Made by a program: the position numbers and the translations under genes
Part shown: positions 34,964-49,900 of the stretch, piece after piece
How the letters are laid out: every line of letters begins with the position of its first letter
How positions within the stretch are numbered: position 1 is the first letter of the stretch
Notes under the pieces: generated by a model
Told to the model about the DNA's origin: nothing
What the model saw: the letters and a program-made list of their open reading frames with translations, nothing else
The model's database searches: none
DNA from: Tubulanus polymorphus
Taxonomy: Eukaryota; Animalia; Nemertea
Direction of reading: 5' to 3'
Length of the DNA: 64,000 nucleotides
Assembly: GCF_964204645.1 (NCBI RefSeq)
Contig: NC_134028.1
Span: 8,866,001 to 8,930,000, forward strand

Positions 34964-37900
34964 TCAGCTGTACGCGAGAGGTTTGAGTTTCGAGTGAGGT
35001 TTCGCTCTTGATTTTGTGTAACGTCGCGAATCGTAGCGATCCTGAAAATAAATCAATATCAAAATTACGCACGCGTACATCATTCTACCTGTATGCTAGG
35101 TGTCGCTAGTGTGCAGTAGGTCATCTATGCCATTTCTTCAACAACGAAGTTCTCTTAAATTAAGTGAATTATGATTGGAAAATATTTGTACCCAAAATAT
35201 CTTAGCTATGTGAAGGATTTGGGGATTTATTGAGAACTAGGAACTTACTTTCCGCATACCATACAGCTGACTGGGATAGGCGCTGGCAGAAGGTCCCCTA
35301 TTCACTATTTCCCACATTAAACGATTACTAATTAAATCGCTACTATCGCTACTACTCGAACAAGGCACAGGATCATCCCTCGACCAACGGAAAACTTTAA
35401 TATTCGCTTTTAAAATCTAAACCAGGCTGGGTATAGAGCCTGGTATATGGTGTGTGAAAGAAAGCATTGTGTATAGAAGTGACTCTAAAAGAATCTTGAA
35501 TTTTTGAAACATATACCGACTAATACATAACAACTTATTAGTATATCAGGCATTCTATCCATTATTTAGAATGAAAGATGTGTGGAAAAAGTGTGTGAAA
35601 CGTAAACAATTTCTGAAAACGAAAATATCCAGTTTGTCCTTCGTGGAACTATCCATATTCAGGAGAATATTCTGTAAACGATATCATCAAGTTATGCACA
35701 TCGAACTGTGCATTTGTTTTTTCACGAAAATAAAAAACAACATTCCATGATTGTAGCTAAATGCTGTTCCACTATGTTTCTCACGGAACGGTGCGGTATA
35801 ATATTGTGTAGATACCAAGCAGTGTGCTACTGGAACTCTCCGAAATAAAATTCTCTCATACTTAACCTTTCATCATCTCGCATTGAATGATTTTTTTACT
35901 TTGGTCGGAACTAAAACAATACAAAAACTCATCATCAGTGTGTATGCGATCAATTCTACTTGTTTATAGACACCTCGCGTGTCGTTACAAAATACTGTAA
36001 AACTTGCTTTAAAAGTCGTCACAGTCGGGATCATCATTATGTCGATGACTTATCCACTTGTGGCGACTTACACTTAGTAAATTAAAGTGAAGAATATAAA
36101 ATAGAGATGACTCGATTAGGTGTGTAATGTAATGACTTTCGATGAACACTTCGAAGCAAGTTTGACTGTACATGTACTCTGTGAAAATTCATTATGTTGG
36201 TGAATTGACACAAGACTAAAAAACAGATCCGACTTATGACATAATAGTTGTAAGATTAGCCCAGTCCTTCACCCAAAAGCTTGTTTTCCCAACTTGTCCA
36301 AGTAAAGCAAGGTACATGCACATGTCTAATCGTCATAAACCTTTGTTTCTTTGTTGAGAAGACAATCTACACACTAGAGAATAATGACCCAGTTGGCGCC
36401 AAATGACCAAACTCACTGATGATGCCAATAATTTACACATCATTCCTGGATTTTTAAGCATTAAAGAATAACCAACACCAGTCTTCCGTACACACTAAGC
36501 ACTACACTAACAATAAGACAGTCACCTTTACTAAATAAAAGTTTACTTCTGTGTGTCTAACTCGGTATTGGTTGGATCGAACAGGGTCCGCTTTTTCACA
36601 AAAATGTTTCGACATTTTTGAACGGGTCGCCATTGATTTTTTTAATTCCTCAAACCGTCATAAACTAGAACTCTTTCGTGAAACTGTCAAGCCTGCTTCA
36701 GGTGGATCTGATGGGAACGATTTATGTATGAGATTAGTGAAATCTGACTTAAAATATATTACCAATTGTTGCTTGATTAATTCAGGGGTTTTGTATCGAA
36801 ACGAATGAGCAGATACTGAACATTGGGACCAGAGAATGGGCAATGACTTATCCGACTTACTTATACGACTTAAGTATGGATATTCATAGACTTCATTGAA
36901 TGAAATATCAAGTCAGAATTACCATATGACAAATGATAAAATCCAACATTCTGATCCAACTTAGCAGACTGTACATGTACAAAAAAGTTTTGTCACATGT
37001 TTCAAATGAGATGACCAGATCACAACGGTACCGAGTTGAGACGTCTCAGGCCATGTATAGCTACAGTTTTACCATAAACTGATTATTGAAAACCAGCACC
37101 CAGTCTAGTGATTATTGTTTACCTGTTTACACAAACAAATAGCGGCAGGTGCCCAACTTTTACTGACCTAAATTACAGCGAGAAACATGTGCATGTAACA
37201 GACATAACAGAGAAGAATGCATGTTCAACAGGATCAGGAATTTCTGAAAATCAGAGGCAGCTATGTGACTGCCGCACAGTGGAACCTCGTTACAGCGGAA
37301 CTTGATGGACCAGAAAATCTGTTCGTTATAACTGATGGTGCGTTATATCCAGTAACAAAATTAATCTAATTGTGTTAATTGGGACAAAATTCTATATTTG
37401 TTATGTCTGATGAATCATTGTATCCGAGTTTGTTATAACAAGGTTCCGCTGAAGTAACCTCAAAATCAGTGTTCATTGATCAAAAGGTACATTCTTCAAA
37501 AATGACACAATTTTGTCAGAAATTATGAAAAGGAGTCAAAAGTTGACTGCCGGACTTTCTTATCAATTAGCTTCGAAGTTATTTGGTAAGACCCTGAGAT
37601 CTTGCCCTGGTTATCATGAACGACTGCACCCAAAATTCCTCAAACTGTTTACCACGCCTAATTAGACAACAAAACAGGAGAGGGAATACGTGATTAAATG
37701 GAGGGAAAATGTAGACAGTCAAAGCCAGTGGGAAGAAGTTAGGAAGGCTATTTGAACATAGAATAGAATTTGAGTAACAGTTTGCCAGGAATCTACGTGG
37801 TTACCTCAAATAAAGTACGATGGGTAGGGCGTAGGTACCATTAGAGTTGAGGTCGGGTAATACGACGCAGGTGCAGCAGGTATCGTGGGTACAGGTGTGC

Positions 37901-40900
37901 GCATCGGGACAAACATGGTAGGCTGGTGCAAAATACATATATCAAATCATTAGCAGGAATTAGGTCTGTAAACTGATTAACCTCACAACAACACCAGGGG
38001 CCAGTTGCACAGTCATGACTTAAGTCCACAAGTGGTCTTAAATCTTAAGACTGGTCTTAAGTTGATAGATTGGCTATAGAACTAAGTTGGTCTTAGACTG
38101 GTCTTAAGTCAAAGCCATGACTATGCAACCGGCCCCAGGTTATAACATCTGAAACCAATGTGAGGTTCAAAGGATAGCCTAACCTCTGAAGTCCTCTCTG
38201 TGCCACGGAACAATTTCAATAATTGAGCTCAACCTTATTTGATAATCAAATGGAAAGTGCTTGCCCCGCTTAATTTGGCACCAATGAAATCAATCGATTT
38301 AATGCACCGAATTACGAGAAATTTAGATTGAACATATTCATGCACATTCATCTATAGTGACCGATCCAGATTAAGCGGGTTTAACTTAGGTAGGTTTCAA
38401 ACGGTATACTTCATTCCATTCCAGATAACTCTTCTGGAGCATTCGAAAATGCAATCTACCAATTCCAAAATAGTATCTGCAAACCTGATAGAAGCAGCGG
38501 TTGTTATAGTGAGTTTGTAATATGGAGTTGCTATTCTTCAACAACTGGAATATGTTCAATCGAAACCTGCCTTCACAACAATAATTTTGAGAATCAAAGG
38601 ACATGATTTGATTCGTTCGATCGAATCTTACCGCATAATCGTTTAATGCAGCATTAGTTTGACTTCGGTTGAACCCATGTTCGGATTCCGATAATTTTAC
38701 CATCAGGTCATTTTTCTCTTTACCCCACTTCCGCGCATTCTCAGCCAACTGTAACATATATAGAGAAACATTTAACGAAGCCGGAGTGACAGTTAATCAG
38801 GAGACCCACTCGGTTCCTCAATAGAGACCCTCATTTTTGTGCCCTCATTTTTATTTCAAAGGCTTTTTTGAAAGTGCACAATTTGGTTGAAAAAATCTAG
38901 ATATGGGCCATTTCTGTAAAACATAGGCACAGTGATGTCGAACATGTTGGAAACTGACAAATTGGCCCAGCGAAAATGTCCTTCCCTTAACAATTTGCCC
39001 TAAAATTAGTTTTACAAACAACCTCAGTTCCCGGGTCAGCCCGAATAAATTCGTCAAATCGTTAAATAATCTTCATATAAATGAACAATCAAGAGAGTAT
39101 AACATTTTTGATTTTCTTAGCAATGACTTTCTTCATATTTCTTTTCACATCATCGAACAAATCAACCTTTCGGATTCTTACTTGTTTCTCTAACGACATT
39201 ATTCTTCCTTCAGCTTTATCCAACATTTGATACAATTCCAGTTTTTCTTGATCATCTCCACCTCCACCTCCTTTCTTCTTATCCTTCTGCAAAAATCATC
39301 GACGTATGAATTTGCGACGTATGAAAATGACAATTTTTGTTTTATTTGTTTCCCAACCGGAAAATTTATAATATATACCTTAGAAATTTCCAATTCTCCT
39401 CGTAACCTGGCATTCTCAGCTAACAATGCGGCCTGCGTTTCATCTTTCTTTTGTTCTGAAAATTCAATAATGATTTTCTCCATATTTTTAGAGGATCTGG
39501 GGCCAGTTGCTCAAAAGTTGGTTAAGAGTTAACCAGTTGATAGTTGACATAGTGACAATTGAAATTTCATTGTTACTATGGTATTTGTCCACCGATTATC
39601 TTTAACCAACTTTTTAACAACTGGCCCCTGGTATTTCATTTTTCTTTTATATTGTGGGATTTTAACTTATAAATGCAAGGAAATATTTTGTACAGGAAAT
39701 GGAAGCTCATTGTTTGAACTTACTGCCAGTTTTGAGTTTATCACTGAGCATCGTTTCCATTTTAACGATGACATTTTCCTGATTTTTCATCGTTTCTTTC
39801 AGTTTTTTCTCGCGTTGTACGATTTCCTGAAGCCGTTGCACCAGCTGCTGCTGCGTCTTGTGAGCGTTACTCAACTTTATATATTCCTTTTCTTGTTCGT
39901 TTTTCTAAAACGAAGAATTATTATTGCAGTGATTAATATTTGAATAAGTAGGAATTTGCAAATGAAACATCAGAGTTTCCACCAGATAGCGTGTTGAGCA
40001 CTTAGTCATACGTTGTCAAAATAAGTCAATTTTCACTCAACTTAGCATGGATTTTAAGGCTCCAGAATCAATAAATCATCACAGAACCCAACAAATATAA
40101 ATTTGAATTAATTTACCTAACAGTGATTGGTAGTTTTCATAAAGAATTGATATATTCATGAGAAAAGTTCGTTCAAATTTGATAGCAATGTACACAAGAA
40201 ATTAACTACAGAATACTGAGTTACTACTCGTGAACCTGGCTGATCCATGATTGCCATGAGTGGAAGCCTCAATTTACCAAATTACCTTAATTAGTTCATT
40301 TTGTAGATGTTGAACTCTGTCTTTGTAATGCGATAAATCTCCAGTTTGATGCTGCAATGACTGTTTCAATGCGACTAAAATATAAATCCATCCAAATACT
40401 ATGTTAAATCTTTTATCAAGTTATTTCATCTTCAGATATGAATTCATCTAATGAAAAAAAAAACAACTCGTTTTTAAATCTAAAAACCAGTTCCACACGA
40501 GATTCAGATAATATGCATAGTATACTACAAGGTCCAATATTATGACCACCAAGTTTTGAAGAGGTGAGAGAGGTCGGGGAGAGCCGTCAATGATCCAGCT
40601 TAAATTCTGGGGCAATTCATTTGAAAAAAAACCCTGAACCTTCTAGTTGCTATTATGGTTAATTCTAAATGAATGAAAAGATTTTGCGTAATTGCCAATT
40701 CAGTGTTCCTGCACTTGAACAATCTACCGAATTCCATGACTTTACTTCCTTATTTTTCTGATATTTTCTCCAAAACTCCAAACTCCAAAATTCCAGGACT
40801 TTCTAGATTTCTAGGGAATTTAAACCCTGCCCTGCACAACTAACAGTTGTGCAAGGCACATATCATTATCATTATCAAGGCAAAGATCATTACACCAAAA

Positions 40901-43900
40901 ATTCATGATTTTCACAGAGAGCTGAAATTCCCTGGCACTGAATGACTTGGACGAATATTTCTAAATTCCCCGACTTTATTTTCACCGACTGCAGGTGTGA
41001 TCATACCGTATCTCGAGACTAATTCAGGTTTAGTTAATCCATCGAGCTCAGAGGAATCTAGCATGTAACGCGTGGAATCGCTGTAATGATTTATATCGCG
41101 ACGTAATGTACTGTTAGCGCCCTCCAGATCTCGCACCGTTTGCCGTAGTTGGATGATGTCCTGCCCCATTTTCTGGACAGCTAAACGATATCGGTCCAGT
41201 TCCTTCATTTGATGGTCCAACAGGTTATACTGCGTGTGATTCAAATCCTGTGGCCTGAAATACATCAATAACATCTTTCACAGTGTGGCCACTTTTGATC
41301 TTAAAGTAGGGATTTTCCCTGTTATTTATTTGGCTGGTAAATTTCGTTTGATTTTTTGATTGATTGAGTGTCCCTTACAGACCCACCACACCTGCCGGGA
41401 GCGAAACAGGGGATTTGATTTTGAAATCGGCAATCGAAGTACAAATATAGTTGGGTGATCGGCGGTCGAGTTAACAGAATATTTTTATAAATCGAAGTAC
41501 ATAATTGGAAATTCGGGTCCAGTTCATTCAAACAATCTTCCATTCAGTCTGAACCGGCAAGCGATTGATTGGGGTGAATTTTTTCTTGGCTGCCTAATTT
41601 AATACATCGAGATTTTTGAAAGGTTGGATATTAAAAGGTTGAAGATCATTTTGTCCATTTTTATATTTTTTTGTTCGTTTTCCACGTGCCACTTTCACCT
41701 AACTTGCTTTTCCCCGAATATTCCCTGACATGCACGTTGTTTTTCCTGACTTGATCTGCTTGGATCTAATCAATTAACACAGTCAAATACGTAAGACATA
41801 AGACGATTATAAGGATAAGTTTGATTATACAAGTGATCTACTTTCAAATACTTCGTCATCCATAGCCGCACCATTCTCGCTTGCCAGGGTTGTTTGCCTC
41901 CCAAACAAAACCTGGCCACTCTACTACACGATCCACGATTTCTTGGGTGGACAGGCTGCCGCTCAGCGGCCTCCAGTCTTCATATACATTAGCAAATCAA
42001 ATGCGTTCTATTTCACTGACAAATTCGCTCTAGCAAAACAATGATACATTATAGCCCCACTAACCATGCATCTGAATTTGCTGATTTGGAACAAAATGAT
42101 TTAAATCATTATGATAAACTTCTAACAATCAATTATCAGTTAACCTGTGCTAAATAGACATTAGGAACCAAATAAATCTTTATCCAATTCTATAGAACCC
42201 AAATGTACCATAAAACTGAAATGGGGTCTGAAGTGCTTCTAGTAGTTTAAGCAATTTTAATCTTTTTTGAGAGCTTAGGGCATTGCTAGGTATAATTTTA
42301 CTTCAAAAGTGCTTATACACTAAAGCAGATAAACAGTCGTGCAGAAGAAACAATATGATCTTAGTCTGGCCACTGCGATCAATCTTAATAAGGCCGTGAC
42401 TATTCATCATTAACAAGTATTATAGACTAGTATTCATTCGACTCAACTTAGTTTTTTTTGTACCAGGGAGCAAACCTTAGTAGTCGATAAAGAACTATTT
42501 ACGCATGTACAGTTTGGTAGATAGATTGAATAGAACCTAATAAAAAGAAGTAATATAAGGCTAGGTTCTTAGTTCATTGACGATGAATAGTCGAGCTGAA
42601 AATAGGCGGATTTTCACGAGAATATCATGAGAAAGCTAATACCGTCTTCGTCACTAGCTGATTAATATGAATTTATACAGCACAGACATATCAAAATTTT
42701 GATGGGTGTTTAAAGTATTTTAAAATTCTGAAGCAACAATTATCAAGTACGCTAACTACCTTGGGCCAGTTTTATAGACTGATTTAACCTAGGGTTAAAA
42801 AGATGAACAAGTCTTTCGGTACATTTCATGCCATCCCCTACCCATCGTTCTAAATCTGTTATTGTCATCCCAACTCCTCAATCATGTATGGTGAGAAGCC
42901 TGAGACATAGTGACATTTTATCTTCAATCTTGATTTCAAATGATTACAACAAAATTGGCGATTTTAATCGAAAAACAAAAATTCTATCACAAAGGTGGAA
43001 TGATTTGTATTTTCGAGTAACCAGTAAGTGACAATTCGGATTGAAATGATTCCAGTTAGAAGTAATCTGTTATTGTATTAGATATCTATTCCACATTCCA
43101 CAGGGGTTACTTTTGCTATGGGGCCAGTTGCACGGTCATGGCTTACATTTAAGATGAGTTTAAGACCATAGCTCTATAGCCAACCAAACAACACGATCTA
43201 AGGCCTCTTTTGAACAGTCAGGACAATGTAACTGGGCCCCGACGCTTCGGAGCAGAGATTTACTGAGAGATTTAAGCTACGTTGAAGAAATACATGAAAT
43301 TTAACTAACTCTCACCAAAAATAATACTGGCGGTACAAAATGATAGAACTTACATTTATGAATATTTGTTGGTCTGGTCAATGAAATATTTCATAATTAT
43401 TCTTAAAAAGCCTTTAATGACAGATATATAATGTAATACTGAAAAATACTAACTTTTGTTTAGATTTTTTGTCTTTTGGTTTTTCGGCAGCTCCTGGTGG
43501 ATCCATAAATATGTACTGGTACTCAGGTAGAATGGTGTCCATTGCGTCGTGTCTCGGCAATTCCCGGTCTAAATCTTGATTCGGCTGAAAAATCATTATA
43601 ATAATTTCACTACAAAATCTAGGCGATTCTTACAAAAAAATATGCCTAAATCTATGTTCCCGTATTAATGAACCAAGCATTTTCAATATTTGTTTCATTC
43701 ATTTCCTTTGAAGTTTCGAATCTTGACTATAATCATTTAACAAGGGAGACACTAACAAAAATATTGGAAAAAATGAATAACGCACAATGAAAATTGCGGG
43801 TTGCACTAGTTTCCAGATTTAAAGATTGGTAAATTACAAATTGTATCTATCCAGTAAAACCCAGTTTAATCTAGGTTTTGATTTAATCATTTATGACCCG

Positions 43901-46900
43901 CTAAGAGCGTTTGACTATAAATAATAAGGTGTCATTTGAAATGAAGTAAGCTCGGAGGGCTTAATGGGGCATAATTTCCCTGATTTTAGTTTCGGGATGC
44001 TTTGAAAAATACATGAAATGTGATTTGCACAAGAATTCCTCACTGGTTTGAAGTTAGTTACAGCAGGATACTATGCAATTGAGAATTAACTCGCAATTGT
44101 GTAACACGGGGCCTGATGCTAGGGGGAGGGGGGTTAAATCCTATTCTTATTATGATAGGTTCCTGTGTAATAATTAATCTACCAAATTCCATGACTTTCC
44201 ATGACCTTTCTTCCCAATTACACATCTTTCTAGATTTCTAGAAATTTCCACTTGTGCCAGAAGAGCTATAAGAGCCAACGAACAGATACTCAAGAGGCCA
44301 GAAAACATGAAAATATAATAGCACCTAGACTAGAGCTGAAATTCCCGGATTTTCAAAAACCTGGAACACTATTCCTTAATTCCCTTTCCAGGATTTTCAC
44401 TGGCCACGGGAACACGTTAGATAGGCCTACCTTCATAGGTCCTTTATCCAGATAGGAATACAGATATTTAGTTTCGGATTTATAATACGGACGATAAGCG
44501 CTGCTACTAGCTTCGCTATCCGGTGAGCCCCGTTGTCTACGAGGACTCGGATCGCTAGAATAATCGGTCTGTTTCGACAGACTTCGACTCGGATTCGGGT
44601 GATCGCTCGGGAAACGAGTATGCTTCGAGGCGGCTTTCTTTTTCGCGTAATACGACGGCCCCGCGCTCGGCGTATCACGCATTCTATGTTTCGCCATAAA
44701 AATCCTAACCGCAAACTAAATTCGAACTTAAAACTCTGAACCGTAGCAATATTTCTAAATATCAAACAGTTTACTATATTCCTCAAGTAAATGATTCCTT
44801 GAAAATAGTTGAGAAATTCTGCGCACTGTAGCCGTCAAATTCGATGAAAAAATTTCTTAGATCCAGATTGTTATCAGAAATGATGTTTACCGTTACCACC
44901 GTCGAGGAGCTATCTATCAAACATATATAAGACTTAAGTGTCAAACGATAAATGTCGAGAAATTCGACTTTCCTTGTGATGTTAATAATGAGAAAATTCC
45001 GTCAGAGTTTGACATAAATAAATGAATTGCGAGGAAATTAGAGGATGATTTTCCCACATTATTCATAATATTCACACGACATTGTTCTATATAAACTGTA
45101 CGAACACTTAACAGCGCTAAATAAATCAAATATCTATGAAGGAAATTATTTCGACTATGTGGGAATTCTTAACTGTCAGATACTTGCATGAATTGACTAA
45201 AGAAATTTGACTATGGCATAAAATGCGCACGATTTCATAGCGAGTTCACTCTTTACAGATAACACACGAATTTTTAATTCTGAATGTCAGACTTTCTGAT
45301 ATATTGAAAACCTACCTCAGTTGTATACGGTCTGTAGTACATAGTAGCCATCTTGAAAACGTTTATGAATGCAGAATTATCGCCTCAAAGTTCTTATTTT
45401 ACACTTTTCTTCACCAAAACGTCATTAGTAATCCGGGTTAATAAGTTTACTAACACCGTTTATATTTTCTTCAAATATTCCTTAATAGTTCCAAGTGTGA
45501 AAGCTTTCAGTCGCGCTAATTCTTACATATCGCTAGTTTAACAGATCCCTTTCCATTATACGCAAAATCCTTCATCTATTCTCTTCAATTTTAAATTTTC
45601 CCTAAATATTCCTGATTCTTGTTATTTTCGATTGCGTGAAATGTGCGCGAATAATTATTATTTCTCAGAAATATTTACGCAATAAACTTGTTGTAAACTT
45701 CGGGAAAAGTTTTATGCCTATAGCTGTTATATATCAAGAATTTCTTAGTTCTTCAATAGATTGACCTAATTGCAGGAATGTTTGACTTGAGCATGTCGTA
45801 TATAAACATAATTCAAGTATTATGCCTCCCATAGCCTTCAGTACTGTTTATACTGCGTAACCCGGGGAAACAAGTCACATTCACCGATTGTCACCGGCTC
45901 ACAATAGACAAGATTAATATCCTGCCCAGAGCATTATTAGTGAATTAACTTAATTGATAAACAACAGCAATGTTTACATTAATAGTTTATCATAATGTAA
46001 AGTATCAATGCATATTTGAACGGTCTAATTAGTGGTTCAGCTGTAGCTTTGAGCTTGGAGTAATAATCATACTGTTAGAATGTTTATTCCAAGTTTGAGG
46101 GACAGGCATATATTTCAGGTAATTGACCAGTCATCAGGCAAATAGGATAACAGGTAGAAATCCCCCCAAATTTGATTTCAAAGCAAAATATAATAAAATA
46201 TTACAATATCATTACCTTGAAAAACTTGAACAGTTTTCAAAAATTTCAAATTTTCTGTGGTGTTTTTTCACAATATTCACCTTTGATAATCTGTGAATTT
46301 TACCAAGTTACGTGCATGAAAAGGGACTTTTCTTGTTGACATTTTTCTGTGACTTATAGCAAAACATGCTGCATACAAATGATATTATCGTAGGTTTGAA
46401 AATTTCTATCAAGAAATCTAGTTTATAAGTAATAGTGAAATATCTATGTACCCTAAATGTCATTGTATAAAGTACTGTCTATATCATTTAGGTTGTATAC
46501 TTAAGTTTGATAGAAAACAAAACTTGGGGGATTTTCACCGTGTGGGATTTTTACCTATATTCTGCAGATGGATATGGTTGCAGGTAAAAATCCCCAAATA
46601 TTTACAATAGGTAAAAATCCCCACCAAAATATTTCTCCAATTCTATTCATTTGCAATAAAACTGCAATATATTTGAATCTTGCAATGAACTCTTTTTTGC
46701 GATAAATTCTTAAATGAATTATACGAATTAAATGAACTGTTAGAATTAACTGAATTAATGAATTTTCTATTTGTAACATTTTAAAATTTGAACTAGATCA
46801 TTTTCAAAATGATATTTAAGAGGTTATAAGCTAAATCTTGTGGTGTGGGGTGCTGTTTTATTGGTAACAGGTAAAAATCCCCCCGGTAAATATCCCCCCT

Positions 46901-49900
46901 AGGTAATAATCCCCCCGGTAAAAATCCCCCTAGGTAAAAATCCCCCCCTTGGTAAAAATCCCCCCATAATTGATTTCACTAAAATTTTCAACAGCTATAA
47001 TGTTTAAAAAAATATAGATTTGAAATTTTATTGCACTTTATTGCTTTATTAAACTCTAGTATAGTAATTCCATCCATTAAGGCTGGCTTATGTCGACAAG
47101 CAACGCGACGCCTACCGACGCAACTGGGTTTATCGCCGATTAGCGGCAACTAGCGGCCTATGCCAGTTGCTCCTCAATCGGTTCGACATAAGCCGGCTTG
47201 CGACGGCAACGCGACGCCTACGGATGCCTACTGACTCGTCGCAAGCCGTATCCGGCTAGTTGCCCATGTTCTACTCCGGCCTACGGTAGGTGGGCAGTTG
47301 CTCATCTGCGACGCGACGGAACTGAGCGCAGGGGTTCCAGCCAATGAGAGACCTTAATACATAGTACAAATTATCAACGCTAGTTAGCGTCATTCGTAAT
47401 TTGTCATAAACTTTCAAATTCAAGTAGTTCAAAACGTAAACCAAACCTTCAGCACGGCAGAGGACTGGACCGAAGATCTAGAAACGAAATTGGTAGAATT
47501 ATGGTGTGAGCGGCCATCTTTATAGATGTCGCTAGCAAAATACTTATTCTAGGGGTACGAGTCAGTTGATTGAATTCGGTCATTTAAACTAGCCTACTTG
47601 CTAATTAAAGAGTGGCCACTGTTGAAAATGAATAATTATTACTGAGTTATTTAGTCACTGAGCCAACCCATTTGATTTACAGTTATTAACTTCTTTGATT
47701 TTATGGGCACCGGAGTGATTACCCCTAAGATAATTTAAGGCATTTGAAATTATTAAACAATAGAAATGACTGTTCTAATCCCTTGGTTAGTTTGGGTTTT
47801 TGGCACAGTAGCATATATAAAGTAATCCCGCGACAGAATAGCTACACATTTCTCAGAAAATTCTAAACGTCTAACATGGAAATTATCAGCAGCAATAAGG
47901 GTGGTCAGAAACTTTGTCTTGAAGGATACACGTACGTTGTGAAGAAAAAGTTGGCGAATACTGTTTATTGGGAGTGTACTAAAAGGAGACAAGATGGATG
48001 TATGGCGCGATTAAAAACTACCATCGACAATACTGTTTCACAAGTTACTGTTGATCATAATCATCTCGGCAGTGATACAGTTGTTTTGATAGCAAAAACC
48101 AGATCGTTGATAAAGCAACGGGCGAAAAGAACTGATGACAGGCCAGCAAATATATTTGCTGATGCAGTCCGAGAATTGAATGAATTAAGTAGGGCCAGGG
48201 GGGATTTTTACCAGGGGGGATTTTTACCTAGGGGGGATTTTTACCTTGTGGGATTTTTACCGGGGGGATTTTTACCTACATTCTGTTTTATACATTGTAG
48301 GTGGAGAAATGCCCTGAAAGATATTGCCATTGTATTTTCAGAAGGGTGTGCTCCTTGTGCTCCTATCTGTCATGGGTTCGAGATTTCATTTTCCTATTTA
48401 AGGAAAGAGATCCTAGATGTAACCTTCGCTCCCGCAAACCTTGAAATCACGACACCAGGGACGGTTTTACAGACGGACCTAACAATACATAAGTTCCCAG
48501 AACCGGGTATTTTATGGCTTAAACTGCGAAGCCTAAGAAATCTTGTCTTAGGGTTCCTGCACTAAATAATTTACAATATTCCATGACTTTTCATGACCAT
48601 TCTTCCCAATTTTCCACATTATTTACTGACATGAAACCCTAGAATTGAATGACTTTTCAGATTATAAAGGAATTTCAACTCATACGAGATGATCGTCAGT
48701 GCCAAGAAAAAGACACTCAATATAGACTAGAAAATATAGAGAGAATTATCTTCTTATGAGAAGTTAATAACTGTAAATCAAATGGGTTGGCTCCGTGACT
48801 AAATAACTCAGTAATAATTATTCATTTTCAACAGTGGCCACTCTTTAATTAGCAAGTAGGCTAGTTTAAATGACCGAATTCAATCAACTGACTCGTACCC
48901 CTAGAATAAGTATTTTGCTAGCGACATCTATAAAGATGGCCGCTCACACCATAATTCTACCAATTTCGTTTCTAGATCTTCGGTCCAGTCCTCTGCCGTG
49001 CTGAAGGTTTGGTTTACGTTTTGAACTACTTGAATTTGAAGGTTTATGACAAATTACGAATGACGCTAACTAGCGTTGATAATTTGTACTATGTATTAAG
49101 GTCTCTCATTGGCTGGAACCCCTGCGCTCAGTTCCGTCGCGTCGCAGATGAGCTTATGTCGGCTGCGATACGAATATATATGAAAATATCATTACACCAG
49201 ATATTCTAAAACCCACTGACTTTAGCACAAAAATTCTCTCGCCTTCTTAGGCATGGAAAACTACGTACTTTCAAAATCCCTGACTTTTCAGGATTTTTAC
49301 TGATCACTACAACCCCGAGTCCCCCAAATCTAAATAAACTTACATCATATCCTCGTTTAAGTTTGTATTGTACGAATAGATTATTTCTTCCTCTTGCGCC
49401 GTTGTCGCTGTCCTCGTCAGCACTTAGATTCTCCTCTAGTATATCATCACTCAGTAGACGCGGTAAAGAATCTATCTGTTCATTCGTCGCTTCAGCCATA
49501 CAAGTGGGTCTCTACATAAATAATATATAGCATGTTTAAAATAACATTTACAGAATATTTCACAAAAAAGGCGAAACTTTTATATTAACATAATAAGAGT
49601 TGATCTAACTTGACATAACGATAACTATTAACTATGTACTATGGTCGCCAGTTGCACAGATGTGGCAAGACTAGGCTAAGGCCCATGGTTCCCACAGTTA
49701 TATGAATTAAAGATTCCCAAGTATTTCATGGGTGATTTTTCAATTTCCCTAAATGGAAATGAACAGATATCATCATACTACAGTCAACATTTTAGTGGTG
49801 ACTGGGTGATTAACCCTTTCAGTGCTGCCTAAATAATACCCTATGGTGCTGAAGATAATTTGAAAATTCTGAAAAATTCCACCCTAGTGTGTTGAATAAC

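Noticed and set aside
41820-42010. Coding-looking patch in a CCDC33 intron
   Set aside because: The available acceptor gives an early stop, and the flanking exons (43454 to 41254) already join in phase.
48198-48565. C-terminal half of the 229-aa ORF 47876-48565 as a real FLYWCH fusion protein
   Set aside because: It reads through the right TIR repeats (GDFY/GGFLP) into flanking intron DNA.
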